Shown here in pieces: positions 22,995 to 38,311 of a stretch of DNA of 40,403 bases. Positions within the stretch are counted from its first letter, which is position 1; each line of letters opens with the position of its first letter. A program made the translations under genes and the position numbers. The notes under the pieces are model-generated. The model was given only the letters and a program-made list of their open reading frames with translations, was not told the DNA's origin and did no database searches. Where the stretch lies: assembly GCA_002269645.1 (NCBI GenBank), contig NIVC01004618.1:1-40403 (forward strand). The letters are read 5' to 3'. The DNA comes from Macrostomum lignano (taxonomy: Eukaryota).

Positions 22995-23189
22995 AATCAG
23001 CGGTCCCAGTGCGTGACAACGATTTGTCTATGGCTCGCGCCTACCGGGGCTCGCCAGACAATCGTTGTCACGCACTGGGACCGCTGGGACCTACCGGCGC
23101 TCGCCAGACAATCGTTGTCACGCACTGGGACCGCTGGGACCTACCGGCGCTCGCCAGACAATCGTTGTCACGCACTGGGACCGCTGATT
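22995..23189. mobile_element. Small MITE-like element: about 35-bp TIRs enclosing a 50-bp tandem repeat
   Basis: Left AATCAGCGGTCCCAGTGCGTGACAACGATTTGTCT is the inverse of right AGACAATCGTTGTCACGCACTGGGACCGCTGATT; units start at 23057, 23107, 23157. Confidence 0.6.
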
Positions 23190-24013
23190 ATTTATCCATT
23201 GCACAGCGCATGTTTGTCTGATGATTTAACTTAATTCTATTCAAGTGTGAACTAGCTAGGGCTGAAGGTAGCTGCATTACATGTAGCTGATTAGCTACTG
23301 TACAGTAATCCTCGACCTGTCAGCTCGCAGAGGCTGCCGCCCAGAAGCCACACAGGCGCTCTGTCAGTTCGGGATCATGCACGGTTGTGACCTCATCCCC
23401 AATGCGGATTCTGTACTAAAGTATAAATTTGTACTGGGAAAAATTATCGATTTGTTAGAAATTTACCACTTGTGCCGATATATAAACGCCGATGCAAGAA
23501 TGTACACAGAAGTTATACAAAATATTATACATTTACGTAGTAGTCTAATGACAGTAAAAACAATGACATTTCACCGCCAAGTCAACCCCCTCACACATAA
23601 CTGACTGTCCGGTGTCCGGTCACCTCTTCATCATTCACAGAAAGAGGATCCACTGTTTAAAAAGTCTTCTGCATGGCTGCATGGTGTAGCAGACTCCCAA
23701 TGAGTCCCGTTTTCGACTTCCGGGCTTCACCAGATGGCTCAAACAACTCCCGATCATGAGGACCCCACTAAAGCAGCGTAAAAATGATGCGATGCGTGCT
23801 CATTAAGGGATGTGTGGCAGGGGGTCCGTACAGAAATTATTTTTAAGGCTCAGGTGGGTGACCCAGCTATATGACCAGAGCCGAATTTGTGAACTTTCTA
23901 TCCCGTCATATGTTTCCCATTAGATGAACTCCCTGAATCTTAGTAACTGTCCAGACTACAGAGGCGGAAAGCGTACGCGTAAATACTGAAATCTCGTCCA
24001 GTCTCTAATACTG

Positions 24014-24462
24014 GAATAACTCATACAGGCTTTAAGCTAGGGTGCTGATTTTTGACTTGCCAACGCATCTCGCGTGCGTCAAGAGAAAAATAAAGTTTCG
24101 TAGCTCTGCGTTGAGTAGAAGTGTCTGTCAGCGAATGTCAAGCGGGACCCCCATAATACACTACGGAGATAGGAACACAGTTTGCAGGTGAATAACTCGT
24201 ACAGGCTTTAAGCTAGGGTGCTGATTTTTGACTTGCCAACGCATCTCGCGTGCGTCAAGAGAAAAACAAAGTTTCGTAGCTCTGCGTTGAGTAGAAGTGT
24301 CTGTCAGCGAATGTCAAGCGGGACCCCCAAAATACACTACGGAGATAGGAACACAGTTTGCAGGTGAATAACTCGTACAGGCTTTAAGCTAGGGTGCTGA
24401 TTTTTGACTTGCCAACGCATCTCGCATGCGTCAAGAGAAAAATAAAGTTTCGTAGCTCTGCG
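24014..24462. repeat. 176-bp tandem repeat (about 2.6 units) upstream of GABARAP
   Basis: GAATAACTC starts at 24014, 24190 and 24366. Confidence 0.92.
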
Positions 24463-24732
24463 TGTATTTTAAGCCGTTTTGTTGAGTTGCATAATAATAC
24501 ACTAAGGAGATAGGAACAAACTTTATATGTGAAAAATTTGTACAGTCTATTTTTTAATGCTGAGATATTTTACGTAGTTTTTTTTCTTGATTGCGTCAAA
24601 GTTTTTGTAAAATTTTAAAGCGTTTCGTTCAAGTAAAGAAAAGTTACAGCGGCTTTGTTAAAATTTGAATGTGAATCTGAATGTCAATCGGGAAATGAAT
24701 ACGTTTTTAATTTTACTTTTTTGAAATAATAA

Positions 24733-28600
<3,868 letters not shown>

Positions 28601-29449
28601 TTGAGCTGCTGCGGTGTCCTTCGAGTTGACTTGGAGCTCGGGATTTATAAATTCACCCAAGCGAACTCGCTGTTAACTGATTTTTACCGCATCTCCCTAT
28701 TTACAGTTTCCACTAATTTTTTCTCATCGATTTACCGATTATACAGACAGAGGCGGATGCTGCAGCGCATCTTTGCCGACCGCGAGCCGACCCTGCTAAT
28801 TCCTTGCATAGCTTGTTGGTCTCCATTTAATTAACTAGACAGTTACCTGTAAAAAGCACCTTTTACTGTTCTTGGATTGAAAAATTAGATTTTTCTCAAT
28901 GTTGTTAAACGTAGGCTAGCTGGCTGCTGAGCCCGTTTTACTCAATCAAAGCTTCGGAATTTTTGTGCCGGGTTATTTCCCTGGGTGATGGCAAGTTTTA
29001 GGGGTAATTTGTGTGTACAGTTTTTATTTAGTTGAGCTCGAGAGTCTGCAGTGCGCACTGAGATCCCCAGTTCTCTCGCTATTTACCTTTTGTATCATAA
29101 ATTAAAGGTCTAATCTGTTCGATTTCTGCTTTAATAATTATTAAAATATAATTTAACGCTATTCAACAGTAAATCGAGGCTGTGGAAGGCTGCTTTTTCA
29201 AGCTTGTTTATTTATTTATCAATAGAAAAATAGAAATATACGAGTAAATGTTAGGCTTATCGAAAATTAAAAAATCAAAAATATTTCTAATTCAAAATCA
29301 AGAACTGGAAGCGCTGCAAGCACTGGCATGGTGACTGGCTGAGTGCTAATGTGAAATGCAGCTCTGTGATCTGTGGACTGTCTGACAATCAGAGTTCGAT
29401 TGCAAAACTTTTCATGTGTCTGATAGTTAAATCCTTGTGCCAAATCCCG

Positions 29450-32400
29450 CTATGCATTAACCGTTTCTGGCCCAGACTCCGCTGCCTCATCAGTTGTGCT
29501 CAGCCGCCTCTCCGAGTCTGCCGCTTTCTCGTAGCATCTCAGCCTGGGCATCGACAAACAGAACAGGACCTGCGGGTGGCAGATGGCGTGAGTTCCATGA
29601 GCAGCTCAGACACTCACCATCATGAGCAGAATGAGGGACAGCAGCAGCTAAGGCACTCGCCATCATGAGCAGAATGAGGGACAGCAGCAGCTCAGGCACT
29701 CACCATCATGAGCAGAATGAGGGACAGCAGCAGCTCAGGCACTCACCATCATGAGCAGAATGAGGGACAGCAGCAGCTCAGGCACTCACCATCATGAGCA
29801 GAATGAGGGACAGCAGCAGCTAAGGCACTCGCCATCATGAGCAGAATGAGGGACAGCAGCAGCTCAGGCACTCACCATCATGAGCAGAATGAGGGACAGC
29901 AGCAGCTCAGGCACTCACCATCATGAGCAGAATGAGGGACAGCAGCAGCTCAGGCACTCACCATCATGAGCAGAATGAGGGACAGCAGCAGCTAAGGCAC
30001 TCGCCATCATGAGCAGAATGAGGGACAGCAGCAGCTCAGGCACTCACCATCATGAGCAGAATGAGGGACAGCAGCAGCTCAGGCACTCACCATCATGAGC
30101 AGAATGAGGGACAGCAGCAGCTCAGGCACTCACCATCATGAGCAGAATGAGGGACAGCAGCAGCTCAGGCACTCACCATCATGAGCAGAATGAGGGACAG
30201 CAGCAGCTCAGGCACTCACCATCATGAGCAGAATGAGGGACAGCAGCAGCTCAGGCACTAACCATCATGAGCAGAATGAGGGACAGCAGCTCAGGCACTC
30301 ACCATCATGAGCAGAATGAGGGACAGCAGCAGCTCAGGCACTCACCATCATGAGCAGAATGAGGGACAGCAGCAGCTCAGGCACTCACCATCATGAGCAG
30401 AATGAGGGACAGCAGCACGGCCAGCATGATGCTCAGTCTGGTCAGCATGGACCCGGCCCACAGAGGTCCCATGATGGTGGACAGTCCGATAACAGAGCGC
30501 CGGAGGCCCTGCGAGAAGCCTGAAATGCATGAAATTTTGAGAGTCTGTTCAAGACTTAGAGGCCATGATTATTTTAACTGCCTGCAGGCAAATTACCCTG
30601 AGTTGCTGGCGAGGTGATTTTCGAATAGAGCGACACAGAGCAGGTGACAAGGAAGGGCAAAGCAATCACGTCCAAGAAGACGCTGCCAATTAGCATAGGC
30701 AGGTTGAGCTCGTTGCCTGGAACGGTAATAAATAAAAGCAAATATTCAGGCGGTGACTTGGCGGTAATTAGCTCGTAGCTGTCTTTGACAATATTTTGCG
30801 AATAAACTGAATCTGGCTGACTCACACCCAGCATTTACAGTGCAATTTGAATGCAATTTTCATAGATAAAGACAAATTGTTTGCATTTCTACTGTAAGTA
30901 GAAGAAAAAGATGCAACAAGAAAAATATAATCATGGAAAACAATACAAACCCGGCACTGCCAGCGGAAAGTAGACCAGCATGCCGGCGATGGCGGCAGCG
31001 GACACCGCCGAGCCTAGCAGGATCAGGCTGCTGTCGTAGAAGCGGCTGCTGGCGCAGCGGACCACCATAAAGACTAGGATGACTTCCACGCCGGCGCCGA
31101 GGTACAGCAGGCTGTTGCCCAGTTCTCCCCAGCCCAGGTAGTCCTTGGTCAGGGGTGTCAGCATGGCCTACGGGGCGCAGAGAAAGATCTGGCTGGCAGG
31201 TATGAGAACTTCATTTAACACAGCATACAACTGGACTTACCTCAAGAGCAGTCTGGTTGAAGAAGGTGGCAAAGATGGTGGCCAAGATGGCAACCAACTC
31301 GTGACGAAGGTACTCTGCAAAAGAGGAACACAAGTTGCTTTTAAACGTTCGTGCTTTTAAGTTAGATTCTTCTTGTCTGCTGCTGTCTATCGTCCGATGG
31401 GCTGATGTGTGCTGTCTATGCCTGACGTGTGCTGTCTATGCCTGACGTGTGCTGTCTATGGCCGGTGTGTGCTGTCTATGCCTGACGTGTGCTGTCTATG
31501 GCCGGTGTGTGCTGTCTATGGCTGATGTGTGCTGTCTATGCCTGACGTGTGCTGTCTATGGCCGGTGTGTGCTGTCTATGGCTGACGTGTGCTGTCTATG
31601 GCTGACGTGTGCTGTCTATGTCTGACCTGTGCTGTCTATGGCCTGTGTGTGCTGTCTATGGCTGCTGTCTATGGCTGACGTGTGCTATCTATGGCTAATT
31701 CGTGCTCTCTTTGGCTGGTGTGTGCTGTTTATAGCTGGTGTGCTGTCTATGCACAACGTGCTGTCTATGGCTCGTGTGTGCTGTCTATGGCTGACGTGTT
31801 CTGTCTATGACCTGATATAAGCTGTCTATGGCCTGATATGAGCTGCACACTACAGTCGCCCACCATTAACATAGTAGCGCCGGTCGGTGACAACCGCGGG
31901 CGGCTCTGGCTCGGGCCCCGCCGCAGCCACAGCCCCATAGCCAACCCCGTCGCCGTCAGCCACAAGTCGCCGCCGCTCGTCATCACCATCGCCGTTATCG
32001 GGCGGCACCATCCGGTGGAAGTCGGTGTACAGGCAGAGGCAGAGCAGGGTGTGCAGCAGCCACAGGCTGGCCATGAAGAGGCCCGGCACCGAGTAGGCAG
32101 TGAGCGGGTAGGGCCCGATGCTGGTGTTCACCAGGCGGAGGAACAGGTTGCAGCCGGGGCCTGCGGGGGTCACAGCGGGTATTTCGGGTTAACAGTCAGG
32201 GTTAACAAAAAATCGACTTTCCCAGCCTTACCAATGACCAGGCCGACCTGCCGGCACGCCATCAGCATCGCGATCACCCCTGTCCGCTCCCTGACGTTGG
32301 TGGCGCGGGCGATGTCCGACACGATGGCCGCGCCAGCCCCGGCACCGACGCCTGCGGTGGGGTGGAATTTGAGATAGGGGCGAAAAATCACCTGAGCTGT

Positions 32401-34402
32401 CTGTTTTGGTAAAATCTAACTGTAAGCTGTATGGGATCAAGCTGTCTGGGATCAAGCTGTCTGGGATTAAGCTATCTGGGATCAAGCTGTCTGGGATCAA
32501 GCTGTCTGGGATCAAGCTGTCTGGGATCAAGCTGTCAGGGATCAAGCTGTCAGGGATCAAGCTGTCTGGGATCAAGCTGTCTGGGATCAAGCTGTCAGGG
32601 ATCAAGCTGTCAGGGATCAAGCTGTCAATCACACTGTCGAAGCCACCAATCACACTGTCTAAGCCATCAATCAAACTATTCTGCCACCATCAAAGCAAAG
32701 CTGTCCACAGCGAACGCACCAGTCACAAAGCGGCTGCACAGCAGGAAGGGCAGCGAGATGCCCATAAAGTACATGATGTTGCCGCCGATCTCCCACAGGT
32801 TGGAGAAGATCACCAGGTATTTGGTGCACCTGTACTTGTCAGATATTCTGCGGAAAACCAAGCGACATTTGCAAACAAATGTTTTAGCACAGGTTTAGTC
32901 AACCGATGTTTACTCCTTCAGGGAACCGCTGTCTACTTTAGTAAACCGCTGTCTACTCCTCAGTAAACCGCTGTCTACTCATCCAGTAAACCCCTGTCTA
33001 CTCATCTAGTAAACCGCTGTCTACTCATCCAGTAAACCCCTGTCTACTCATCCAATAAACCGCTGTTCAGTGCCTACTGTCTGCTCAATTTTGAGGTAGC
33101 CTCTGTCTGTTCCACATGCACTGCACCAGAGGACCTCTACATTCACCGCTACCTCGAGACAGCAACCCAGTCTCACCTGCCATAGATGGGCGAGCAGAAA
33201 AGGTCGGAGATGCTGAAGGCTGACAGCATGAGGCCCAAGAACGCAGAGGTGGCTCCAAAGGTCTCGTGGATGTACAGCCACATGGTGGGCAGGATCACGG
33301 CTGTGCACGAGGGTTAAAGCGAGTGTAACATGTAAAAAAGTGATGTGGAATGTACACAAGACAAGGAGAGTGCGATGCTTGTAAAATTAATTTGAAAAGT
33401 CCCAGTTTGCATTGGCCAAGAATTCCAAGCACAATGTATGCACTACTAGTTGGGTAGAATAGATATTCCTGGGTAGAATTGATTTTTTTCTGGTGCATAC
33501 AGTTGAGACTAAACTAGTTACTTGTATTAGATTTAGTGCTATTTTTTTAATAATTCAGACAATAATTTTACAAGTTTATCACTAGTAGCTTTTGGCAATT
33601 TGGCTTAAGAAATATTTTTATAAAATGCACCATAAAAATATAAAATTTGATATTACAAGTAAAACCAAGCATTTAATAATAATATATTACTTCTCTTCCT
33701 ATATAAACTATAACCACATTGGCTGTACCATAGGCCTTATTGTTTGAAATTAAAAAATAATAGACCTATATCTAATTTTCAATATAGTGGAATTTTCCTA
33801 ATCCTGCATGTTAACCAAATGGCATCTTGATTTCAGAATTAACATAAAAGTTGCAAATAAAATCAATGTTGGCCTATGACTATGGCCTCTAGCTAATTTA
33901 AATTAGTCAAATGGCATTGGTATATCTATATCAAGGTATTCTCTAAGACTATACACTAAGGCAATGCTACGGAGTATGGTAAATGAAGCAAAGCAAAAGG
34001 TTGTAAAAATACTTAAAAATACTTTGATTGCTAAATAACATACTGTTTAATATTTGGTTTGACTATATTAAGGCTTATATAATTTAAATATAAGTAGGCC
34101 TAATTAATTTAATAGCACAAATAAATTATTAGGGCTAGGCCTAGGCCTATATTTAATTTTCTAAACAATAGCCAATCATAGTGTATAAACAACGTTTGCA
34201 ATCTAATAAACACATGTAAATAGCTAATAGTAAACAAAAATGCATTAAGTAGGATAATGAGGACATCAGCCCTGAATTTTAGTTTTAAAAGGTAGCCTAC
34301 TACTGTTACATAGTACTAGTAGTCGTACATACCATATTCCACTCCAGAAAGGAAAAAGTAAAGTGCAATCATTAAATATGTAAGTCTCCTTTTTGTGTTC
34401 AT
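29450..34402 (-). CDS. MFSD8: MFS transporter, MFSD8/CLN7-like, 466 aa; exons 34402-34333, 33300-33177, 32847-32720, 32351-32232, 32160-31864, 31314-31241, 31167-30951, 30716-30597, 30519-30389, 29569-29450
   Basis: All introns are GT-AG with compatible phases, giving 1401 nt open. Motifs GVEYAVILPTMW, PIYGRISDKYR (MFS motif A-like), SDIARAT..RERT, FNQTALE, QGLRRSVIGLSTIMGPLWAG; multiple hydrophobic helices. The symbol is a family-level recognition and orthology is not established. Confidence 0.85.
29612..30418. repeat. 43-bp minisatellite (about 19 units) built from the MFSD8-like exon 9 end plus its splice donor
   Basis: Minus-strand unit ...CTGTCCCTCATTCTGCTCATGATG|GTGAGTGCCTGAGCTGCTG; period 43. 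Confidence 0.95.
31380..31835. repeat. 20-bp minisatellite (GCTGTCTATGGCTGACGTGT)n, intron 5
   Basis: Visible degenerate units. Confidence 0.92.
32432..32630. repeat. 15-bp minisatellite (GGGATCAAGCTGTCT)n, intron 3
   Basis: Visible units. Confidence 0.93.
32925..33066. repeat. 23-bp minisatellite (GTAAACCGCTGTCTACTCATCCA)n, intron 2
   Basis: Visible units. Confidence 0.9.
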
Positions 34403-35204
34403 ATTGAAGTAACTTCTTTTTAATAAAAGTTTAACGACGAACCGGGCTTATTGAGCAAAATTAAGCTGACTACAGTCTGTATTCACAATGCCAATGGTGT
34501 ACCGTGTATGACCAAATAAAAAATGAATTAGTATCGAATTTAGTGATCAAAAATCTTCTGTCTTTTTCCTGTCTTTTAGTTAAGGCTTTGTAACACTGCT
34601 AGCATTACCTAAAATAGAGATACAATGGCTACTTTGTATTTATTGGGTCGGTGCTGTGACGGTACAGATAATGCGCAAGACGGTGTCGAGTTAAATGGTC
34701 CAATGACGCCAAAACAGTAATCTAATTTTCACGTAGGCCTAGAATTTTTATTTACCTGGATCTAAGCATGTATCCTGATTTTTTATCAGATCGTTTTAGA
34801 GTTCTGTATTGGTGGAGAAAATTTTGGTTCAATTGTTTTACTTTTTATTTTTGCTGCTTAATCATTGTCTCGTACATCAGGCTGTACTACAGTACATGGT
34901 CCATGTACTATTTCATGTTTCTCTTTTTGCTAAGTGCCTTCGCAACACCCATCAACGCAAACTGACAACTGCCTTTCAATAGAGTACTCCAAACAAGTGA
35001 TTATGAAGGAACCAACTGTTTCCTAATTGCGCGACATCTCGATCAATCGTCATCCAAGCTTCTACAAGATAGGCCTAGTAAACGTATTTTCCTTATCGGG
35101 ACGATTTTTTATGCGAATCTTTTCTGATAAGTTTTGACAGAAGTGCGCATTTACAAGCAACAGTCCCAAATTGGTTTACCTCTTGACTTTACGTACTTCC
35201 CAGG

Positions 35205-35925
35205 GACTTGACTTAGCTGCAGGGGGCTCCGTGCGTCCGGAAACAGCGAGGAGGCGTTGCCGCCCATTTCGCTAACCCCTGGCGACCACGGGCAGCTAGT
35301 GCTGCGGTGTCGCGCAGGGAGTTCCGGTGGTGCCGGTGTCCGCAGCGTGGTCCCCCTCCGGAGGGTCCAGGAGGTGGACTAGCTGTGGCTCGCCCGGGTA
35401 GCCCTAGGTAGCGGACGAGCTGGCAAAGATTCTCGGGCCTGAAAACGTCGGAGAGGTCCGGGTTAATTGGGCCGAGGTAGGTGAGCCTGACCTGAGTAAA
35501 GGCGGAGCATTCACAGATGAAGTGCTCCGCATTCTCGACACCGGAGAGGCAGAATGGGCATTCCTCACTGCGGATTTTTCCCTGAAGGTAATTAGCGATG
35601 CCTGGCAAAACAGCCATGACCCGAGAGGGCCATATGGTCACCGCCCTGATGTCCCTGCGGTTGAGTCTAAGCAGGGCCTTGCGCAGGGCGGAGGAAGGAC
35701 AGGGGACAGCCGCGCGGGATTGCCGGCAGTCGGGGGCGTTAGCCCACCTCTCCCTGTGCTTTGAAGCCACCCACTGGGGATCCACCTTAGGGACACCTTG
35801 TTAGAGGCGCCTAAGCGGTTGAGCTGCCCGATGCAGTCAAGGACTGTACGCGAGCAGGTGGTGGTGCGCTCAAGGGCGTGGATAGCCGCTTGACTGTCAG
35901 AGTGGAGGGTAATCTCCTTCCCCTA
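35205..35925 (-). mobile_element. 3' fragment of a LINE related to 1655-4589 (RNase H end plus CCHC motif), with an internal deletion
   Basis: GKEITLHSDSQAAIHAL...[23 protein letters not shown] joined directly to the ...[14 protein letters not shown] segment; CPFC...EHFICEC; same 3' end CCCTGCAGCTAAGTCAAGTC. Confidence 0.88.
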
Positions 35926-36651
35926 GACGCGCTGATTACCTCCATAATGTCATTGTGCACGATGCGCATGTACGACTTCGTTATACTCGCATGTAAATTT
36001 ACACCATATCTTCAGAATGCCGGTGCCGGGTTATTATATGTGCTGTAGATTGCTATAATTCTACTATTAAGTATGTTCAATCATTGCTGAGATATCTAGA
36101 CTTGCGGGATTGGGAAGGCTGAGATGCCAACAAGTCTGAGGTCAGAAACTTCATGTAGTTCATGAAAAAAATTATTCCATTGTTCGTTGGCTCCCCAACT
36201 GGGGGCGCTGATTGCTACGAGTAGTACCTCGTACTATAGATTTACCTGACCTGGAGAATGTGAATTTTTGCGAACATACAAGCGTATAAGCCTTCGAATA
36301 ACACTTCCCCAGTAGTACTCGTCACACAGCAGCCAAAAATGAAGGATCACTTGTTGCTCTTTTTTTAGAAAACCGATTGTCCGCTAAATCTCTAGCGTAA
36401 GCTCTTTAGCGTAGCGAAGTAAGGTGTAATTAATTCTTCAGCCGAGAAAAACAGAAGAAAAACAAAAACAGCTGAAAGCAAACCGAACGGCATCAAGCAA
36501 TTTTAGTTCCAGTGGTTAATTATTTATTTTTCTCACAATCTCCTCATATTACCAGATCACATTAGGAAAAAGCAACGCGTCAACAATGGCTACTGGAGTG
36601 GCGGGGAAACAAATGGCGAAGGGGAACTCCGACTGGATAACTGAGTCTCAA

Positions 36652-37128
36652 TTAGCGCTTGCCGCCAACCCGTGGCGCGGTGGGCTTCATGACCTTGGCC
36701 GCCTTCTGCTTCTGGCCGGCGGGGCGGGACTGCTTGGCCTCTGCTTGCTTCTGCGCCTTCTTCTCGGCCTCCTTGGCCTTGGCCTTCTCCTTGGCGTTGC
36801 GGACCGCCTGCTCTCGCTGGGCCTTGCGGAACTCCGGCTTCTGGTTGCGCTTGGCCATGAGGTCGGCCATGGACAGGCCGGCCACCGCCCGGATGGCCTT
36901 GTGCGACTTGCGCGACTTCTTCTTCGCGGCCTCCTCCACCTGGCCCTTCTTGTGCTTGCGCCGGTACAGCACAGTCCAGCTGACCTCGCGCGGATTTTTC
37001 TTCTGAAAGTGGGAGCGCTCGCACTTCGAGTTTAGGAAGTGGAAGGTCTTGCCATCGGTGCGGATCAGCCAGCGGCCGCGGCCGGGGTACACCTTGAAGC
37101 CGGAGAAGCTGCACAGCTCAAGCTTCAT
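36652..37128 (-). CDS. RPL24: 60S ribosomal protein L24 (eL24), 158 aa, intronless CDS
   Basis: [34 protein letters not shown]...[19 protein letters not shown]...[15 protein letters not shown]...APRVGGKR*; AATAAA downstream near 36520. Confidence 0.97.
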   Translation of the reverse strand: MKLELCSFSGFKVYPGRGRWLIRTDGKTFHFLNSKCERSHFQKKNPREVSWTVLYRRKHKKGQVEEAAKKKSRKSHKAIRAVAGLSMADLMAKRNQKPEFRKAQREQAVRNAKEKAKAKEAEKKAQKQAEAKQSRPAGQKQKAAKVMKPTAPRVGGKR

Positions 37129-37233
37129 CGAGCGGCTGGCATGCACAGAATTTGGGGGAGGCGAGACTTACTGAGATTGAACAAGTGAACATGAATAATC
37201 AATCAGGAATTGATCCCTATCAACAAAAGCGCA

Positions 37234-37309
37234 TCAGAATCGACTGGCAATATCAGGCCAGCATTGAAGCTGGATTCATTCCGCCCGACGCCGATATTTG
37301 CCTCATCAT
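37234..37309 (-). ncRNA. Box C/D snoRNA, SNORD43/snR70-like, copy 1
   Basis: C box ATGATGA; guide ATCGGCGTCGGGCGGA plus D' ATGA; internal hairpin CCAGC/GCTGG; D box CTGA; short terminal stem AAGC/GCTT. Confidence 0.85.
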
Positions 37310-37382
37310 TTGAGCTTGTGAGTAACTTTGCATACATTTACAGAAAAGCAGCTTATACTTGTAGTGAATAATTCGCACAGGC

Positions 37383-37463
37383 TCAGAATCGTCTGGCAAT
37401 ATCAAAGCAACTTTTGAAGCTGCTGGCTTCATTCCGCCCGACGCCGATATGGGAGCTCATCAC
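37383..37463 (-). ncRNA. Box C/D snoRNA, SNORD43/snR70-like, copy 2
   Basis: C box GTGATGA; same D' guide; hairpin AGCAGCT/AGTTGCT; D box CTGA; one substitution in the D-proximal segment. Confidence 0.85.
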
Positions 37464-37605
37464 GGCTGGTGCGATGCAGGAATTCAAACATTAACTCGCA
37501 GACCTACGCAGTAGAGGAAACACAAGAGTCTGAACTTAGAGAACCTGTTTGACCTGACTACTAAGTACTAACGCCAGGTTTAATCGTCTTAAAAATCACA
37601 CCCGC

Positions 37606-37692
37606 TCAGAATCGACTGGCAATATCAGGACCCGGCTGTTTTACAAGCCAGATTGAGTCATTCCGCCCGACGCCGATATGGGAGCTCATCAC
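37606..37692 (-). ncRNA. Box C/D snoRNA, SNORD43/snR70-like, copy 3
   Basis: C box GTGATGA; same D' guide; hairpin CTGGCT/AGCCGG; D box CTGA. Confidence 0.85.
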
Positions 37693-37825
37693 GGCTGGTG
37701 CGATGCAGGAATTCAAACATTAATTCGCAGACCTAAGCAGTAGAGCAAACACAAGAATCTGAACTTAGAACCTGTCTAACCTTCCCATTACCGTCAGGTT
37801 TAATCATCTAAAAAATCACACCCGC

Positions 37826-37912
37826 TCAGAATCGACTGGCAATATCAGGACCCGGCTGTTTTACAAGCCAGATTGAGTCATTCCGCCCGACGCCGATGTA
37901 TGAGCTCATCAT
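37826..37912 (-). ncRNA. Box C/D snoRNA, SNORD43/snR70-like, copy 4
   Basis: C box ATGATGA; same D' guide and hairpin as copy 3; D box CTGA; terminal stem CACC/GGTG. Confidence 0.85.
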
Positions 37913-38311
37913 AGCTGGTGTGAGTTGATGTTTTAAGGTATAAAGCCTAGGCTATCAGTAAACTCGATATCAAATAAAAAGCAAGTCGAAAAAGGACATA
38001 TTAAGAGTTGAAGGCAAAGCAAGGCATGTGAATATAGCAATGCAAACATGCTTGGCAATGAATTCTCTGTGCGAGCAGCTCAGCCCTCAATGGGCAGTGA
38101 GAACTGCTGCGGCAGTCACTGAATAGAATCTGATAGAAGCGTCACTGAACCGAAATAAAATGATTAAAAAACGCAGAACCAGTGCAATGAAATCCTGGAG
38201 ACATAAAAAATCAAAGACTAAAAAATGGCTCAAACACCTGTCCAATTACAGCCGCACATCAGGCAGAGAAAGCATCACAGAACAAAAAGGATTTGGAACA
38301 GAGAAAGCGCA

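Noticed and set aside
23057-24462. Regular repeats resembling CRISPR arrays
   Set aside because: Units are head-to-tail without unique spacers, no cas genes are present, and the context is eukaryotic.
35240-35275. HDV-like ribozyme (CCUCCUCGCUG and GCGAAAUGGG motifs)
   Set aside because: The motifs are in the wrong order for the HDV double pseudoknot and sit at the element's 3' end; simple hairpins explain them.
36652-37128. RPL24 as a processed pseudogene
   Set aside because: The ORF is intact, with a genomic AATAAA and no poly(A) tract or TSD, and it lies next to a snoRNA cluster.
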